The notes under the pieces are model-generated. The model saw nothing but the letters and a program-made list of their open reading frames with translations. It was not told where the DNA came from and searched no databases. From Chiloscyllium plagiosum (Eukaryota), in the NCBI RefSeq assembly GCF_004010195.1, contig NC_057751.1:17253992-17312563 (forward strand): DNA of 58,572 nucleotides. Direction: 5' to 3'. Positions within the stretch are counted from its first letter, which is position 1, and the number at the start of each line of letters is the position of its first letter. Shown one piece after another: positions 10,984 through 23,679 of this stretch. The position numbers and the translations under genes were made by a program.

Positions 10984-11307
10984 TAGATTAGATTGCCTTC
11001 AGTGTGGAAACAGGCCCTTGGGTCCAGTACGTCCACACCGACCCTCTGAAGAGCAACCTACTCGGACATATTCGCTTACATTTACTCCTGACTAAAACAC
11101 CTAACGCTACAGGCAATTTAGAATGATCAATTCACATGACCTGCACATTTTTGGACTGTGTGAGGAAAGCAGAGCACCCGGAGGAAATCCACATAGATGT
11201 GGGGAGAATGAGCAAACTCCACATAGACAGTTGTCCGAGGCTGGAATCAAACCTTGAACCCTGGTGCTGTGAGACAGCAGTGCTAACCACTGAGACACCG
11301 TGCCGCC
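10984..11307 (-). mobile_element. Near full-length HE1/V-SINE (tRNA head, V core, CR1-derived tail)
   Basis: - strand starts ggcggcacggtgtctcagtggttagcactgctgtctcacagc; core ctccgggtgctctgctttcctcacacagtccaaaaatgtgcagg; tail gggcctgtttccacactg..(atct). Confidence 0.9.
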
Positions 11308-13097
11308 AAACTATGTAGTCCTTTTCTTCAAAAGATGTAAAAATAGCATGAATTTGCAATGGTTGATTTTAACTTCAAAGAGATTGACCGGAACTCGTTA
11401 CCTTCTAGGAGTTTGGATCGGACTGAAATTTTACAGAACATCAAGGAGAGATTATTAACATATCATGTAAAAAGTCCAAACTGGGAAGGAATTCACTGGG
11501 CCTAGATTTAAGGAATGAGGAAAATGACATGAATGAAGATTCAAGACTGCGGTACTTTGGGAGTAGACAACACAATGCCATGTGTTTTAAACTCTTCATT
11601 GAGGGGGACAACAGCAGTCTCCAAATGAACGTGTTAAATTGGATGAAGGTGAATTGTATCAATATTTGGCAGGAACTGGAGAATTATTGATAGGAGGCAT
11701 CTGTTTGAGGGTAAAATGATATCGGGCATGTGGGTGCATATGAAACGGCTTTAGTTATGAGTTGAGGAGCAGAATATTCCTGTGAGATTGAAGAATATGG
11801 CTGGGGACGTGAACCTTAGATCGACAGGGATGTTATAACCTTTGTCAGAAAGATAAAGGGAGAACACATAAGGTATAGAAGGACAAGGAATAACAAAGCC
11901 ATTGGAGTACATAAGGAAAGAAGGAAATAACTTAAACAATGTATCAGAAGGGCTAAATGGGGTCATGAAAATCATTCACAAGCATGTTTAAGGAGAATAC
12001 CAAGTCTTTTCGGACATATAAAAAAAAGGCAAAATGTTAGCCAGAGAAAGGATTGACACACTGTTGGAAAAAGGAGTATACCTGTGTGTGGAGTCAGAAT
12101 AGAGACATATAGTCCAAAATGAACACTTTCTGTGGGTATTGACCAAAATGAAGGATTTTTGCATGGTGATCTCAGGCAAGGGAATGTCCAGTTTTTCGCT
12201 AAATTGCAGAAAGGAAGGAAGTGGTGTTGTGCGTCATAAAAAGTATTAAGTAAGTTAAGTCCCCGGGACCTGATGGACCCTACCCCAGACTATTGAGGGA
12301 GACAGGTGAAGCAATTGCTGGAGCCCTAACATCTACCTTGGTATCGTTTTGTGCACAGGAATTGTCTCAGAGGACTGGAGAATAGCCAATACTGTCCCGT
12401 TGTTTTAGAAGGGTAGTAGGGATTATCGTGGAAATTACAGACCTGTGAGTGTACCGTTGGCTATAGGGAAACTTTTCGAAAAACATTTTTCAGGATAAGT
12501 TCGACACACATTGAGAAACAAATGGAATTATTCACAATAGGCAGCATGGTTCTATGCGAGGGAGACCGCGACTCATTAAATTAACGAAGTTTTACTGAGG
12601 AAGTGACAAAGATGATAGATCAAGGAAAAGCTTACATGGACTTCGGCAAACGTTTGGCAACATTGCTCAAGGCAGTCCAGTCAGAAAAGTGAAGTTAAAC
12701 GATATCAAGAGTGATCTGGCAAGATAGAATCAGAACCAGTTCAATCATATCAGACAGATGGAATGATGTTTTTCAGAACGGAGGGCTGAGTCTAATGATG
12801 ATCCTCAGTGATCACTGCTGGTACATCTGCATTCGTGATCGACATAAATGATTTTGAGGAAAACGTAACTGGTCTGATTAGTAAGTTTGGAACGATAAAT
12901 GATTGGTGAAGTCATTATTATTGAGGAGGATTGTCAAAAGCTACAACAGGATATGGATAATTGGTGGGCACCAGCAGAAATATGTCAGATAGTGTTTAAT
13001 CCGGACGAATGTGAGATGTTGCATTCTGGAAGAACAAGTAGTGATGAAAATTTTAAAAACTGGTTATGAGAACCTTCTGGCTTATTTATATGCAGAG

Positions 13098-14168
13098 CAT
13101 TCCGGAACAAGCCAGATGCCTTTTAAATATTTTAAGAAGTTAGCCTAGACTGTAACTTGTTCTTAAGTTAACCATAGATGTGAAGTGGAAAAGACGGGTT
13201 TGATGTAACTCATCAAACCACTCAGCTTTCAGCAAAATGCAGTTTATTCAAATTCTCCAGTTGAAACATGAAAAAAGAACCAGAACTTATATTTCCTTAG
13301 CTATTGGAAAAATAACTGACCCAATCGAGCAACTTAGTTAAGGAGCTATTCCAATTTAACAACATCACACAAACACACCACTTGGCAAAAAGTTAAATTC
13401 AAATAAAACCTCTTTCAGGAGTACGGGGTCACTTCTAAAGAGATTTCCGATAGATAAGTCAGTCAAGTGCATTCTGATGAAGCCTGTGATCTTTCTCAAC
13501 TGCAGTAGCTTCTCACTGCTGCCATTAAACCAAACCAGAAAGAACTTAAGCTGGGAGAACGGGTCACTTCGCTGCCATTGTTAAACTCCTCTCTGTCTCG
13601 ACCATTCACACATTTGTCTTGATGACCGCAGTTACAAAAATCGCAAGGACAAAGTAGCGTTGTGTGGTGTAAAATTCCAAGCAGTGGAATGTGGTGTAAA
13701 ATTCCAAGCAGTGGAATGTGGTGAAACGGTTAAAAATTATGTCCCAATACATGTGTGAATCTAACCGGAATGGAGGTGTTGCTTAGTCCCGTGTGAATCT
13801 TCTTATCTGTATGTAACCAGAATGGAATGTGTTTTTTAGCCTTGCTCTGCTGTTCACATGAATGTTTATATCTGGAAGGGAGTATATCAGCTGAAAAAGT
13901 CTCCAGTTCGGTGAGTCTGCTCCGGGGTTACGTTTAACCGCCGAGCGTGGGTTGTTGGCAACCGCTCTACGAGAACTGACGGCTCCCAGTTTTTGTAACA
14001 TGTAGAGTGAGTATAAGCCAGACCCGTTGTGCGACGCTGCGGGGAATAAAATGCCCATATTCTAGCAGTCTCGCCTCTTGGTCGTTTGTTCTGTGTCAGA
14101 CTACTCTCCTACGAACCTGACCTTGAGAATTTTTTAAAACACGTTGTAAAAGTGAAAAAATCTTATGA
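13098..14168. mobile_element. Decayed LTR-like insertion in CR1, itself containing a younger solo LTR
   Basis: CR1 stops at cagag (13097) and resumes at agaggatatggg (14169), giving a putative 4-bp TSD AGAG; termini are degenerate. Confidence 0.5.
13663..14141 (+). mobile_element. Solo LTR (479 bp) with 5-bp TSD
   Basis: TG...CA termini; TSD CGTTG at 13658-13662 and 14142-14146; TATAA at 14012; AATAAA at 14045; 27-bp tandem duplication at the 5' end. Confidence 0.82.
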
Positions 14169-14857
14169 AGAGGATATGGGTGTGCAGCTCCACAGACCAG
14201 TGAGAGTGGCAGTGTGGTAAAGTAAGTCAGTAAAAGAAACGGCCGATGGCATGCTGACCTTCATTGGAAGGGGAATTCGGTATAAGGTTCGACCACTTAT
14301 GCTGCAAATTATTATCACTTCAATTAGGCCACACTTGGAATATTGTGTACTGTTCAGTTCATCACACGACCTGAAGAATATTGATGCCTTTGGAGGGGGT
14401 GCAGTGAAGGTTTACCAGAATATTGCCTTCTATGGAGGATTTTAGCTGCGAAGAAAGTTTCAATAGACTTCCTTTTACTGTAATGCAGGAGTTTGAAAGG
14501 CAACATTGTGAATGGCATGGATACTGTGGAACGCATGGGGAATTTTTCCCAGCATGGTGGATGCAATTATTGAGAACATAGGGTCGAGCTGTAAGGGATA
14601 GGGGAAGTTGAAAACAGATGTGTGAGACAAGTTTTCACATAAAGGCTGATCAGTTCCTGGATGGTGCTGACACAGAAGATGGTGAATGTAAATACAAAAG
14701 CATTGGAGAAGCACCCCAATGACAATATGTGTAGGTAGGGAATACAGAGATACAGATCCTGTCAGTGAAGACAGTTTTAGTATTGAAGGGCAAAATGTGT
14801 CGACGCAGGCTTAGAGGGCCGAAGAGTCTATTCCAGTAATGTGTTGATCTTTGTTGT

Positions 14858-15595
14858 AAACCTCCCTCTGAGTTTCCGCATCAAATGCTCCTTTGACAGG
14901 GATAGTGCATGGTGAGATATTGAATGAAGCTTCTTCAGCATTGTCCTCGTCAAACTCTCACAGGACACATTTGACATTGCGTTAGACACAGATTATAGCT
15001 TCCTGACACTGTCGTCATTAAATAATATATGATTGGAACAACACGGTGTTGGATACAGTGTAATACATCACTAGAAGCCTCCCATAAAAACTCCCAGGAC
15101 AGGGACAGCGTGGGTCAGATGCACATTAAAGCCCCTTGTTCAACGTCCCTATCAAGTACACCCAAGAATGGAACAACATTGATTTAGATACAGAGTAGAG
15201 CTGTCTCTATACTGTTCCCATCTAACAAACCCAGTACAGGGATAGGAGGAGGTGAAAGGCAGAGGAAAGCTCACCCTGTACTGTCCCTCATTCATTATTC
15301 CAATTACTGGGATGGAATGTGTCTACATAGAGAGTGAAACTGTCTGGACACTGTCCTCATCAAACTCTCCCAGAACATGGAGTCAACGAGGTTTGATAGA
15401 GTATAAACAGTATTCTGCACTGTCCTCAGGAAACACTCTCAGGGTTCATACAGTACCTGGTTCGATGCAGAGGAGAGGTCCTTCGGAAAGGTCCCTATCA
15501 AACACTCCCAGGACAGAGACAGCATGACGAGAGGTGTAGAGAAAATCTCTTTGAACACTATCTTCATCAAGCACTCCCAGACAAGGGACAGCACG
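14858..15595. repeat. Old ~68-bp tandem repeat (~11 diverged copies)
   Basis: Consensus like ttagatacagagtaaagctccctctacactgtccccatcaaacactcccaggacagggacagcacg; atcaaa recurs about every 68 bp. Confidence 0.8.
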
Positions 15596-15599
15596 CACC

Positions 15600-15840
15600 A
15601 ATTTAAGACTCGGAAGAGGAGAAAGTTCTTATTTCACACAGTCTAAATTCTTTGTAACTCCTTCCAACATAGACCTTCGTATATTTAAAGCTGAGATCGA
15701 TTCTTGATCCAATAGGGGAATCCAGTGTTTCGGATAATGTGCAGGAAAGTGGATTTGTTGGGTGTCAAAATAGCCACGATGCTTTGGAATGGCAAGCTGG
15801 CTCGATGGGCCAAAAGAACTTCTCCTGCGCCTATTTTATT
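15600..15840 (+). mobile_element. CR1 3' tail fragment
   Basis: tatatttaaagctgagatcga...gaatggcaagctggctcgatgggcc...ctcctgcgcctattt. Confidence 0.65.
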
Positions 15841-16429
15841 TTATTGCCTTATCCCCATCCATTAATCATGCTGCTCACTATTGAATATGGTGCTAAAATT
15901 GTTACATCTGTCCTCTAAAAATGCTGTTTTTACATTGATTGTCTCATCTCTTGAGACATTTTACAGGATCAAGACATTCACCAATATTTCTGTGTCTCTC
16001 CTCATAAAGGCACACTACTCCCCCATCCACTAATCAGATCACAGCTGCAACGCGGTGAACGGTTTTCTGCTTCTGATATTTTTTTAAAAAGGTGTTCTGG
16101 CTTTCGATGCAGTGCAGTGAGGATTTACTTGGTGGATAGTGGGTGTGGAAAGGTTATAAGGATATGGTTGAGTAAGTTATGCTTCTGCTCATTGGAAACT
16201 AGCGAGTTTGTTGTTTTTCTCTCCCTGTCTAAGAAATGAAGGTCTTTCCACAGAGAGAGTGCATCAGACAGTCACACAGCTGATGCTAAAGATGTCGAAG
16301 ATGACTTCAGAGGAGAGATTACATCATTTAGTGAATTGACTGGATTTCTAAAGAACGCGAAGAGATCTCGTTGAAAATAATGCAACTGCAACAGATCTGT
16401 ATAGAGCAGGTGCAAGGAGAGTATTCTTC

Positions 16430-18343
16430 ATGTTTAGAAAGTCCAAATTCAGCGGTCACAAGGACACAAAATAAACCACACATTGAATATAAACAATTGG
16501 ATTTAACTGAAGTTCTAAAAGATTATAAACAATATATAGGCATTCTCAAAAGGAAGGCAAAGACAGAATATGAGGTAGTCTTGGCAAATAATGTTAAGGG
16601 TAATCCAAACAGATTCCCGAAAGATGTTAAGATAAGTCTGACAAATGGAGAGACAGTCGGGCACTTCACAGATGAAACACACCATCTTTATGTTGAACCA
16701 AAACAGATAATCGAGGCATGAAATTAATATGTTACATCAGTTATTGCAATGGAGAAAGAAATGGCGGCTGGAGAAATCAAGGGAATAAGTATTGAGGATT
16801 TGAGAAAAGTGTGCATTACAAAAGAGGAATTGCTGGATATCTTAGAAAATATTAAGTTGGAAATATGTTCAGGACCCAATCTTTTGTGTCCCAAAATCTT
16901 ATCTGAAGTTAGGGAGGAAATTGTGGGTTCACAGTTGCAACATATTCATGTAGCATACATCTACAGCAGAGGTATCAGATGGCGAGACAGTGGGAAATGT
17001 GTTTTTTTTTCAGAGGGTTTGTAAGCAAAAGATTGGGAACTATACACATGTGAGTCTGACTTCAGTGTTGGGTAAGTTTGGGAAGAGATTCTGAAAGATA
17101 GCAATTATGTGCTTTTGTAGATAGAAAGAATCATTGAGTATCCAACATGGTGTTGTGTGAGGGAAATAATGTCCCACAGACTTGATCAAGTTTGTTCCGC
17201 AATCAACAAAGAAAATTGATAAGTGCAGAGTGATAAATGTTGATTACTTTGAATTTCGTCAAGCCTTTGAGAAAATTGAGAAGATACACTAATCACTAAA
17301 GTTAGACCACATGGGATACCGAGAGATCTTGCTGATTTGATACAATATTGGCTTAAGAACAGGAGAGAGAGAATTATGGCGAAGATTTGTTTATTAGATT
17401 GAGAACTGTGATCATCGGTGATCCACAGGGATTGGTGCTGGGTCCACTTCCGTGTTGAATTGATATAAATGATTCAGATGAGACTATAGAAAGCACGGTT
17501 AGTAAGTTTTCTAAATGATACAAGGATTGGTTGTATAGTGGGCTGAAAACAAGGCTATCTAAGAATAGAAAATGGCCTTGACCAATTGAGTCAAAGGGTT
17601 CAAAAATTGCAAATGGAGCTTAATTTGGATAAATGCATGATCTTGCATTTTGGAAAAAATAAACATTGACAAGACTTAAACAATTAAAGGCAGACCCTTG
17701 GGCTATGTTGTCGAAGAGAATGACCTCGTGGTTCAGTTCCACAATTCTTTAAATGTTGCATCACATTTAGTCACTTTTGTGCAGAAGCTATTTATCTTGT
17801 TTCCCTTAATTGTTGAGATCTTTGAATATAGGAATTGATATGTTACGTAGAAAACTAAGAAGATGTTGTCAAGGCCTCTTCTGGTCGACCTATTAGGAAG
17901 GGATGCGAGAATGTTGTTGGGAATGAAACGTTTGCATTCGAAAGAGACGCAGAGTGGGAGGTTGTGAGCTGACGTTAGACAAGTGTACATAATAATGAGG
18001 GGAGAGATAAGGTGAATTTTAGTTGTATTTTCCCTCGGGTAGGACAGTTCAAGAATTTGAAAGCTTATTTTTAAGGTGAGCGATAAAAGATTTAAAAAGA
18101 GACATAAAATTCAAGTCTATTAACACAGAAAGTGGTTCGTATGTGGAATGAAATTCCACAGGTAGTGGTGAATAAGTTGGTCTGATAAATTTAAAACATA
18201 CTTTGGGATCTATGCAAATAGAAAATATTTGAAGAGATCTGACTCAGGCGCAGGTCGGTGTACTTTTGGATTATGGTCGGCACAGACAGGTGGAGTGAAT
18301 GGTCTGTATTGGTGCTGTATGATTCTATTCTACTGTAACTCTG
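16430..18343 (+). mobile_element. Old CR1 LINE (RT to 3' tail)
   Basis: EYEVVLANNVKGNPNRF, SGPNLLCPKILSEVREEI, gatccacagggattggtgctgggtcc (GVPQGSVLGP-like); tail gtgctgtatgattctattct. Confidence 0.85.
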
Positions 18344-19439
18344 AATCGATTCTGTAATTCGCGTCTTAATCAAACAAACCCTGCATCTAACTTCAAACGT
18401 CTCTTCCCAAATGCTGCTCCTTGCAAACAAAACGAACATTTCTATAACACAGGTCTGAATGCATGATCGAAAACCACTCGTGACACATTTCGTCCACTAA
18501 CCCCGTGCTGACAGAATTTCATTTCCAAATTAATGTCTTGCCTTCCCTGTGCCATTGGACAATTAGACCAATTAGTTGAAACCGTTCTCCTCAGTCAAAC
18601 CCCCAAAAAGCACCACGACAAATCTCTCTGGGTTTCACATACAGGAGGTTACAAGATGATAATGTAGACGTTGTGAGACGGGTTTAAATCTGCATGTTTC
18701 TGCAGGAGTGAGACATGCAATTTCGGTTTGTTCACTTCAACCATTTGATCTTCACCCTGGAATGACATTTACTTTGTAATTGTAAAATGCAAGAAAGAGA
18801 CTGGAATTAGGACTTCACTCCATTTGATTGCAGTGGAGATTCACCAGAATGATAAATGGACTTTTCGGATGCAATGACTAGAGATCGAATTGATACAAAC
18901 TCAGTGTTAATTTCCTGGAATTTATAATTGAATTGAGTCAATCTTAATTGTCATGTGCACTCGAATGTTTGAAGTGAACAGTTTGTAGTGTTGCCACTTT
19001 TGAGCTCTCTGACGCATGGGGTACGAAGATTTGGAATTCTTACGTCTGTTTTGCCATCTTGAATCCATCATATTTTTTTTTTAAAAATGAAAATAAAGAA
19101 TAGAGAAGTTTTTTTTTCGAAAAATACTCGAATTTTAGTCTTTACAATGGCACCATGTCAAGAAAAAGCATTCAGTCTGCCTTGGCCAAGTCTCTGGACC
19201 AAGCAAAGCTTCACGACTTTGAGGCCTCAGAAAAGACTTGAGGTTATTACAGATTTCGAAAGAATATTGGAAGCTGTTCTGTTTCATAGAGAGCAATGTG
19301 TCTTGCCACTTCTGGAGATTAGGGTTTGGATCAACGCCTAAATTTTAACAATGGTCTGAAAACCTTTGGAAATCACCGTGATATTTTCATCACGCTTTTC
19401 ACTATTGACGAGACCAACCCCAACATGATCATGAGCAAA

Positions 19440-19720
19440 CGCTCACAGGACGGAGACAGCACAGTGTTCGTTCTACAATAAAATCTCACTGTACTCTCAC
19501 CATCAAACATATCTAAAGCAGGTGTCACACAGGATTTAATACAGAAATAAAGCAAGTAAATTTCTCTTTTTAATGTCTCATAAAATAATCCACCCGCCCG
19601 TATTGTATTGGCTTGCATGCCCTCTACTTCCTTAAAATCTCCCTTTACACTGTGCCGCCAAACAATTTGAGAACAGTTACAACACGGGGTTAGATATAGA
19701 GCAAAGTTTGTTCCGGGTGC
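19440..19720. repeat. Further diverged copies of the ~68-bp repeat
   Basis: caggacggagacagcac, ctctcaccatcaaacat, acacggggttagatatagagcaaag. Confidence 0.55.
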
Positions 19721-20388
19721 CAATGACTGAGCAGCACAAAATGGCGAATGGATGCCCATGGTTAATGTAAAGGAACATGACAAACAGTAGTTCGAGTACT
19801 TGGCAAAATATTTGATTAATGTAGTCTTCACAAGAACAATAATATTAGCTTTGTTGATCCACGGGAACATAACTGATATAGAATACGCAGCTGCATTTGT
19901 TTATATATACATAATATATAAGAGAACAATATATAAGAGAGCCAGGAATAAAGACATGGGTGTATCGTAAATACGACAGGAAAGAAAACTCTCATAGTTT
20001 GTTGTTAATGATTTCTAAAGTTGGTGTGATCACAAACATGTGTTGGAACAGATATTATAACATTTAGTAAAAATAAGTTTCATTTTGTATTTACTGCAAC
20101 GAGGTGAATAAGCAATTTAAATTCACCCTAAATGATAGGCAAGTATCCAATTATTTAGTTGTTAACCTGCTCCATCTGGAAAATGTCGAGGCAAGAATGA
20201 ACTTGAATACCGTGTCCATTTTGAAAATCTGCAAGAAATAAGGTCAGAACGTCTGGGAAACGTCATGAGACCGACGACAAGCCTGCCCATCTCCAACGTT
20301 CAGTCATATTATTCGACTGACTGGAGATGTACATAATTAATTAAAAATCTGACTGGTTTGTAAATGTTAAAGATGGAATTAAGCCAAC

Positions 20389-20627
20389 GTATAACAATGT
20401 GGTGCTGAAAAAACACAGCAGGCCAGGCAGCATCCGAGTAGCAGGAGAATCGACGTTTCAGGCATCAGCCCTTCTTCACGAATGGCTGAAGAAGGGATTA
20501 TGCCCGAAACGTCGATTGTCCTGTTCCCTGGATGCTGCCTGGCCTGCTGTGTTTTTCCAGCCCCACATTTTTCAACTCTGGTCTCCAGCATCTGCAGCCC
20601 TCACTTTCTCCAATGTATAACAATGTG
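20389..20627. mobile_element. Palindromic Penelope-derived element with head-to-head hammerhead motifs and a 13-bp TSD
   Basis: Inverted arms ~20396-20483 and ~20486-20569; TSD gtataacaatgtg at 20389-20401 and 20615-20627; 3' end ctccagcatctgcagccctcactttctcc. Confidence 0.85.
20481..20520 (+). ncRNA. Minimal type I hammerhead ribozyme motif (PLE type), stem I disrupted
   Basis: CUGAAGA (20486-20492), aGGGauuaugCCC stem II, GAAAC-GUC (20506-20513); the mirror copy on the - strand (20447-20483) has a C-to-G change in the CUGA box. Confidence 0.6.
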
Positions 20628-21739
20628 CATTTTCCTTTCTTTGCAGAAGAAGCTCTTTGTATTTTCAGAGGATTTCTTCAATCAACACTTTGGTTTTGGA
20701 AATTAATTCCTGGGTGTCGAGTGAATCATTTTGTGTTTCCACACCAAGAGCTTTCTCTGCACTGACTCCATCAAGTACTCCTTGGGCAACAACAACAGAG
20801 TTAAGTGTAAAATAAATTTCCATCGGCAGTATCCTCTTTATGTTCTCGCAAGATAAGTGCACTGCCATTTGAAAATTGATTAATTCTCTCTCTGCACTGT
20901 TCACATTAAGTAATCTTCAATCACACTGAGGTCGACGTCTGCAGTGCACAATCCAGAGTCGTAAATCTTCGGATTCGATCAGATTTTAGATCCCACTGTA
21001 ATGTCACAACTAGTGCTGGGACCCTGACTTGCAGGGAAGGTACGGGTGATGTGTGTTTAAGGTGCAAGCTAGGCGGATTAATGTGGAATTGAGGCATTTG
21101 TTTCCACTGTGAGGCGGGTGTGGCTTTGGAATGCATTGCCTTGAAGGATAGTTGAGGCGGGAAAGCTTAGAATCTTTAAACAGTTCTTGGATGAATAGTT
21201 GAAGTTCCACAGCATTGGTGAAATGCGGGCACGTTGGGAAAGTGCAGGCATCATTGGGATTTATGACGCTAAATACTTGAAGTTCTGAAAGGTATCTTTG
21301 GAATGGTATGATTCCAGGAAGTGGTTGAATATCAAAGAAAGGAGAAATTCATTGATTCCAAACAAATGTCAAGAGGGTGGTTGCAATTAATGCTTTCTAA
21401 ATTTCAGTGCAGGAATACTGGTCAAACAGCCGTTCTCCATAATGTATGGTCCGTCGCTTAAAAAAAAAGTTGTTTCCATGCCTTTCCTGAGATTAATCAT
21501 TACTCATTACTTTTCGTCTAGTTTCAAATGAAAATGAACTATCACTTTCAAAGTGAATGTCTGACTCACAAAGTAAAATACTCCTTTAACGGTTTTGAAA
21601 TTTTGCAACTGGTAATGTAAAGATGCTCGGTTTTATTAAGTAAAGAGGTTTTCTGTTCCAAGTAGACCAGAAAAGCAAGCGAGTAGTTGGTTGAGAGCTA
21701 AATTTATTGAGCATTATATAATTATGTGGGGCATGCAAA

Positions 21740-22052
21740 ATATGACTTTGCCTTAGCGTCGGGTGGGTTCAAAATTAGGTGGTGCATTCTTAAAGTGAGA
21801 GGAGAAAATTTTAAAGTAAACATGACAGGCAACTGTTTGTTCAGAGAGTGGTTCGTGTGTAGAATATACTGTCAAAGAACTGTTGTGGATGCAGGTAAAC
21901 TAAAAAAGTTTAAAGAACATTTTGTTCAGTTCATGAATATGATAGGTTTGGAGGGACGAAGGTCAAGTGAAGGCAGGAGGAACTAGATTAGTCCAGGGAC
22001 ATGGTCAGCATGCAGCAGTTGGCCTGATTCCATGCTGTGTGTCTCTATGACT
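21740..22052 (+). mobile_element. CR1 3' fragment
   Basis: LKVRGENFKVNMTGNCLF; tail ccatgctgtgtgtctctatgact. Confidence 0.7.
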
Positions 22053-22059
22053 GCAGAAA

Positions 22060-22975
22060 AAGGGGTTAGGTGGGCAGGGTGGTGAGGTGAGGACAGGTGA
22101 ACTTAAGTGGAGGGTGCGACTTGGTTAGTCGATGGGATGACTGAATATACTTCGTTCCTGGAATGAAGGGTCGATGACAGGAAAGGAATTGAGTAGGCAG
22201 AGGCTGGAAAGGGAATCGGGTGATGGTTGCTTCATCTGCAACTGGAGAAGATGCAAAACCTGCCGGCACACGACACCCCTCCCCGACATGCAAAGCCGCA
22301 AACAGTCCTTTCAGGTGAACCAGAGGATCCTCTACGTCTCCTCCAACATAGTTTACTCTATGCGGTGCTCCCAATGTGGCCTTCTGTACACCAGGAAGGC
22401 CAAACATAAATTAAGAGTATGTTTCGCCAGGTATCTCATCCAGCGTGGCAAGGGCCCGACCTAAATTCACAGTCACTGTCCGTTTTAATTACACTTCCCA
22501 CTTCATTTCCAACATGACCATCATTACTCTCCTCCTTGGCGACAAAGAATCAATCTGAAAATTCGAGGAACAGCACCTCATCATCTATCTGGGCAACACA
22601 ATGCCCATAATGTTCAACAATAACACCGAAGGTTATTCCAATTTGAAATAACCTCCCTTCCAATGACCCGACTCCCTTCTCAAACTCGCCCCTTCTCTTC
22701 CATTCTTCCTATCGACCCTTCCTGTGGCACCAATCAGATTAATTCCTCCCATCGATCACCCAGGTCCTACCGTCTTCCTGTGTTGACGTATCGTCACCTC
22801 TCCACGCTGCGCCTCACTCCCTTCACCTGCAGTTCCCATAAACCCAGTCCCAGTCTTGAAGAAGCATTTCCGCCCATACGTTGACTTTAACCCCTGCTGA
22901 TGCTGCCTGGCTTGCTGCATACTTCCAGCCTTCTGCTTTTCTGCCAATGTTTCCAGTATCTGCAGATTTTGTGGT
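22060..22975 (+). mobile_element. Penelope-like element remnant: inverted 5' pLTR piece, GIY-YIG endonuclease remnant, 3' pLTR with decayed hammerhead
   Basis: CNWRRCKTCRH...SFQVNQRILYVSSNIVYSMRCSQCGLLYTRKAKHKLRVCFARYL; 22060-22222 is an approximate reverse complement of 22660-22825; agtc-ttgaaga...cgtt-gact at ~22852-22886. Confidence 0.85.
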
Positions 22976-23679
22976 GTTGGGTGGGGGTTGGTTGTACTGA
23001 ATGATGGCCTGTTCTTCCTTAACTCGTTCTTCTCTGGCAATTTTGACGATAATCAGAACCACTTGTACTGAAAAGCGATTATCCTGCCTCTGCTGATACA
23101 AGCTATGGAAGCATTCTGATGAACAGATTGAGAGATTTCATTCTGTGAAGCCCTATGCGCATCAATTTTCATTTCGACTGACTTATGATTTGAGTGATGT
23201 CACTGCCTTCAATCAATAAACTGATATTAACAACAACCTTTCATGGAAAGCGGTTGACAGTGCCTTAGCTGACATTTATTTTTCACCCCGAATTTCTCTG
23301 AGCGCAATTAACATGCAACCACATGGCTATGGTTTTGGAGTCATGTTTAAATAAAACAAGTAACGACGACATATTTACATCCACAGAGGATATAAGAGAA
23401 CTGCAATTCATTTTCCAGAATTCCACAGTGTTTGAATGCTGAACACTGAGCTATTATAATTGGTTAATTAATTTATTCCAAATTCTGCCGTCTGCTGTCG
23501 TGAAAGTAAAGGCAGGGGAACATTAGCTTGGGTTTCGGATTACAAGGCCAAATTTAAGGGCACTAATTCCTCCCATACCATTCCCATCATCGCTCGGCAT
23601 TAGGAGAAAGTTTAACAAATTTTCAAACCAGAAGAAAACTCAGGTCTCAACGATTTGATGTATTCAATCAATAATCCAG

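Larger units (their letters stand above)
11430..14855 (+). mobile_element. Old CR1 LINE (RT domain to 3' tail), split by an LTR insertion at 13098-14168
   Basis: KSPGPDG.YPRLLRE at ~12260, a qhgf-like motif, RPHLEYCV at ~14330; tail gagggccgaagagtctattcc. Confidence 0.85.

Noticed and set aside
19373..19870. 165-aa - strand ORF, and a + strand MTNSSSSTW start resembling a GPCR N-terminus
   Set aside because: Overlaps the 68-bp repeat, has no recognisable domain, and the + frame stops after 12 codons with no TM segment or donor.
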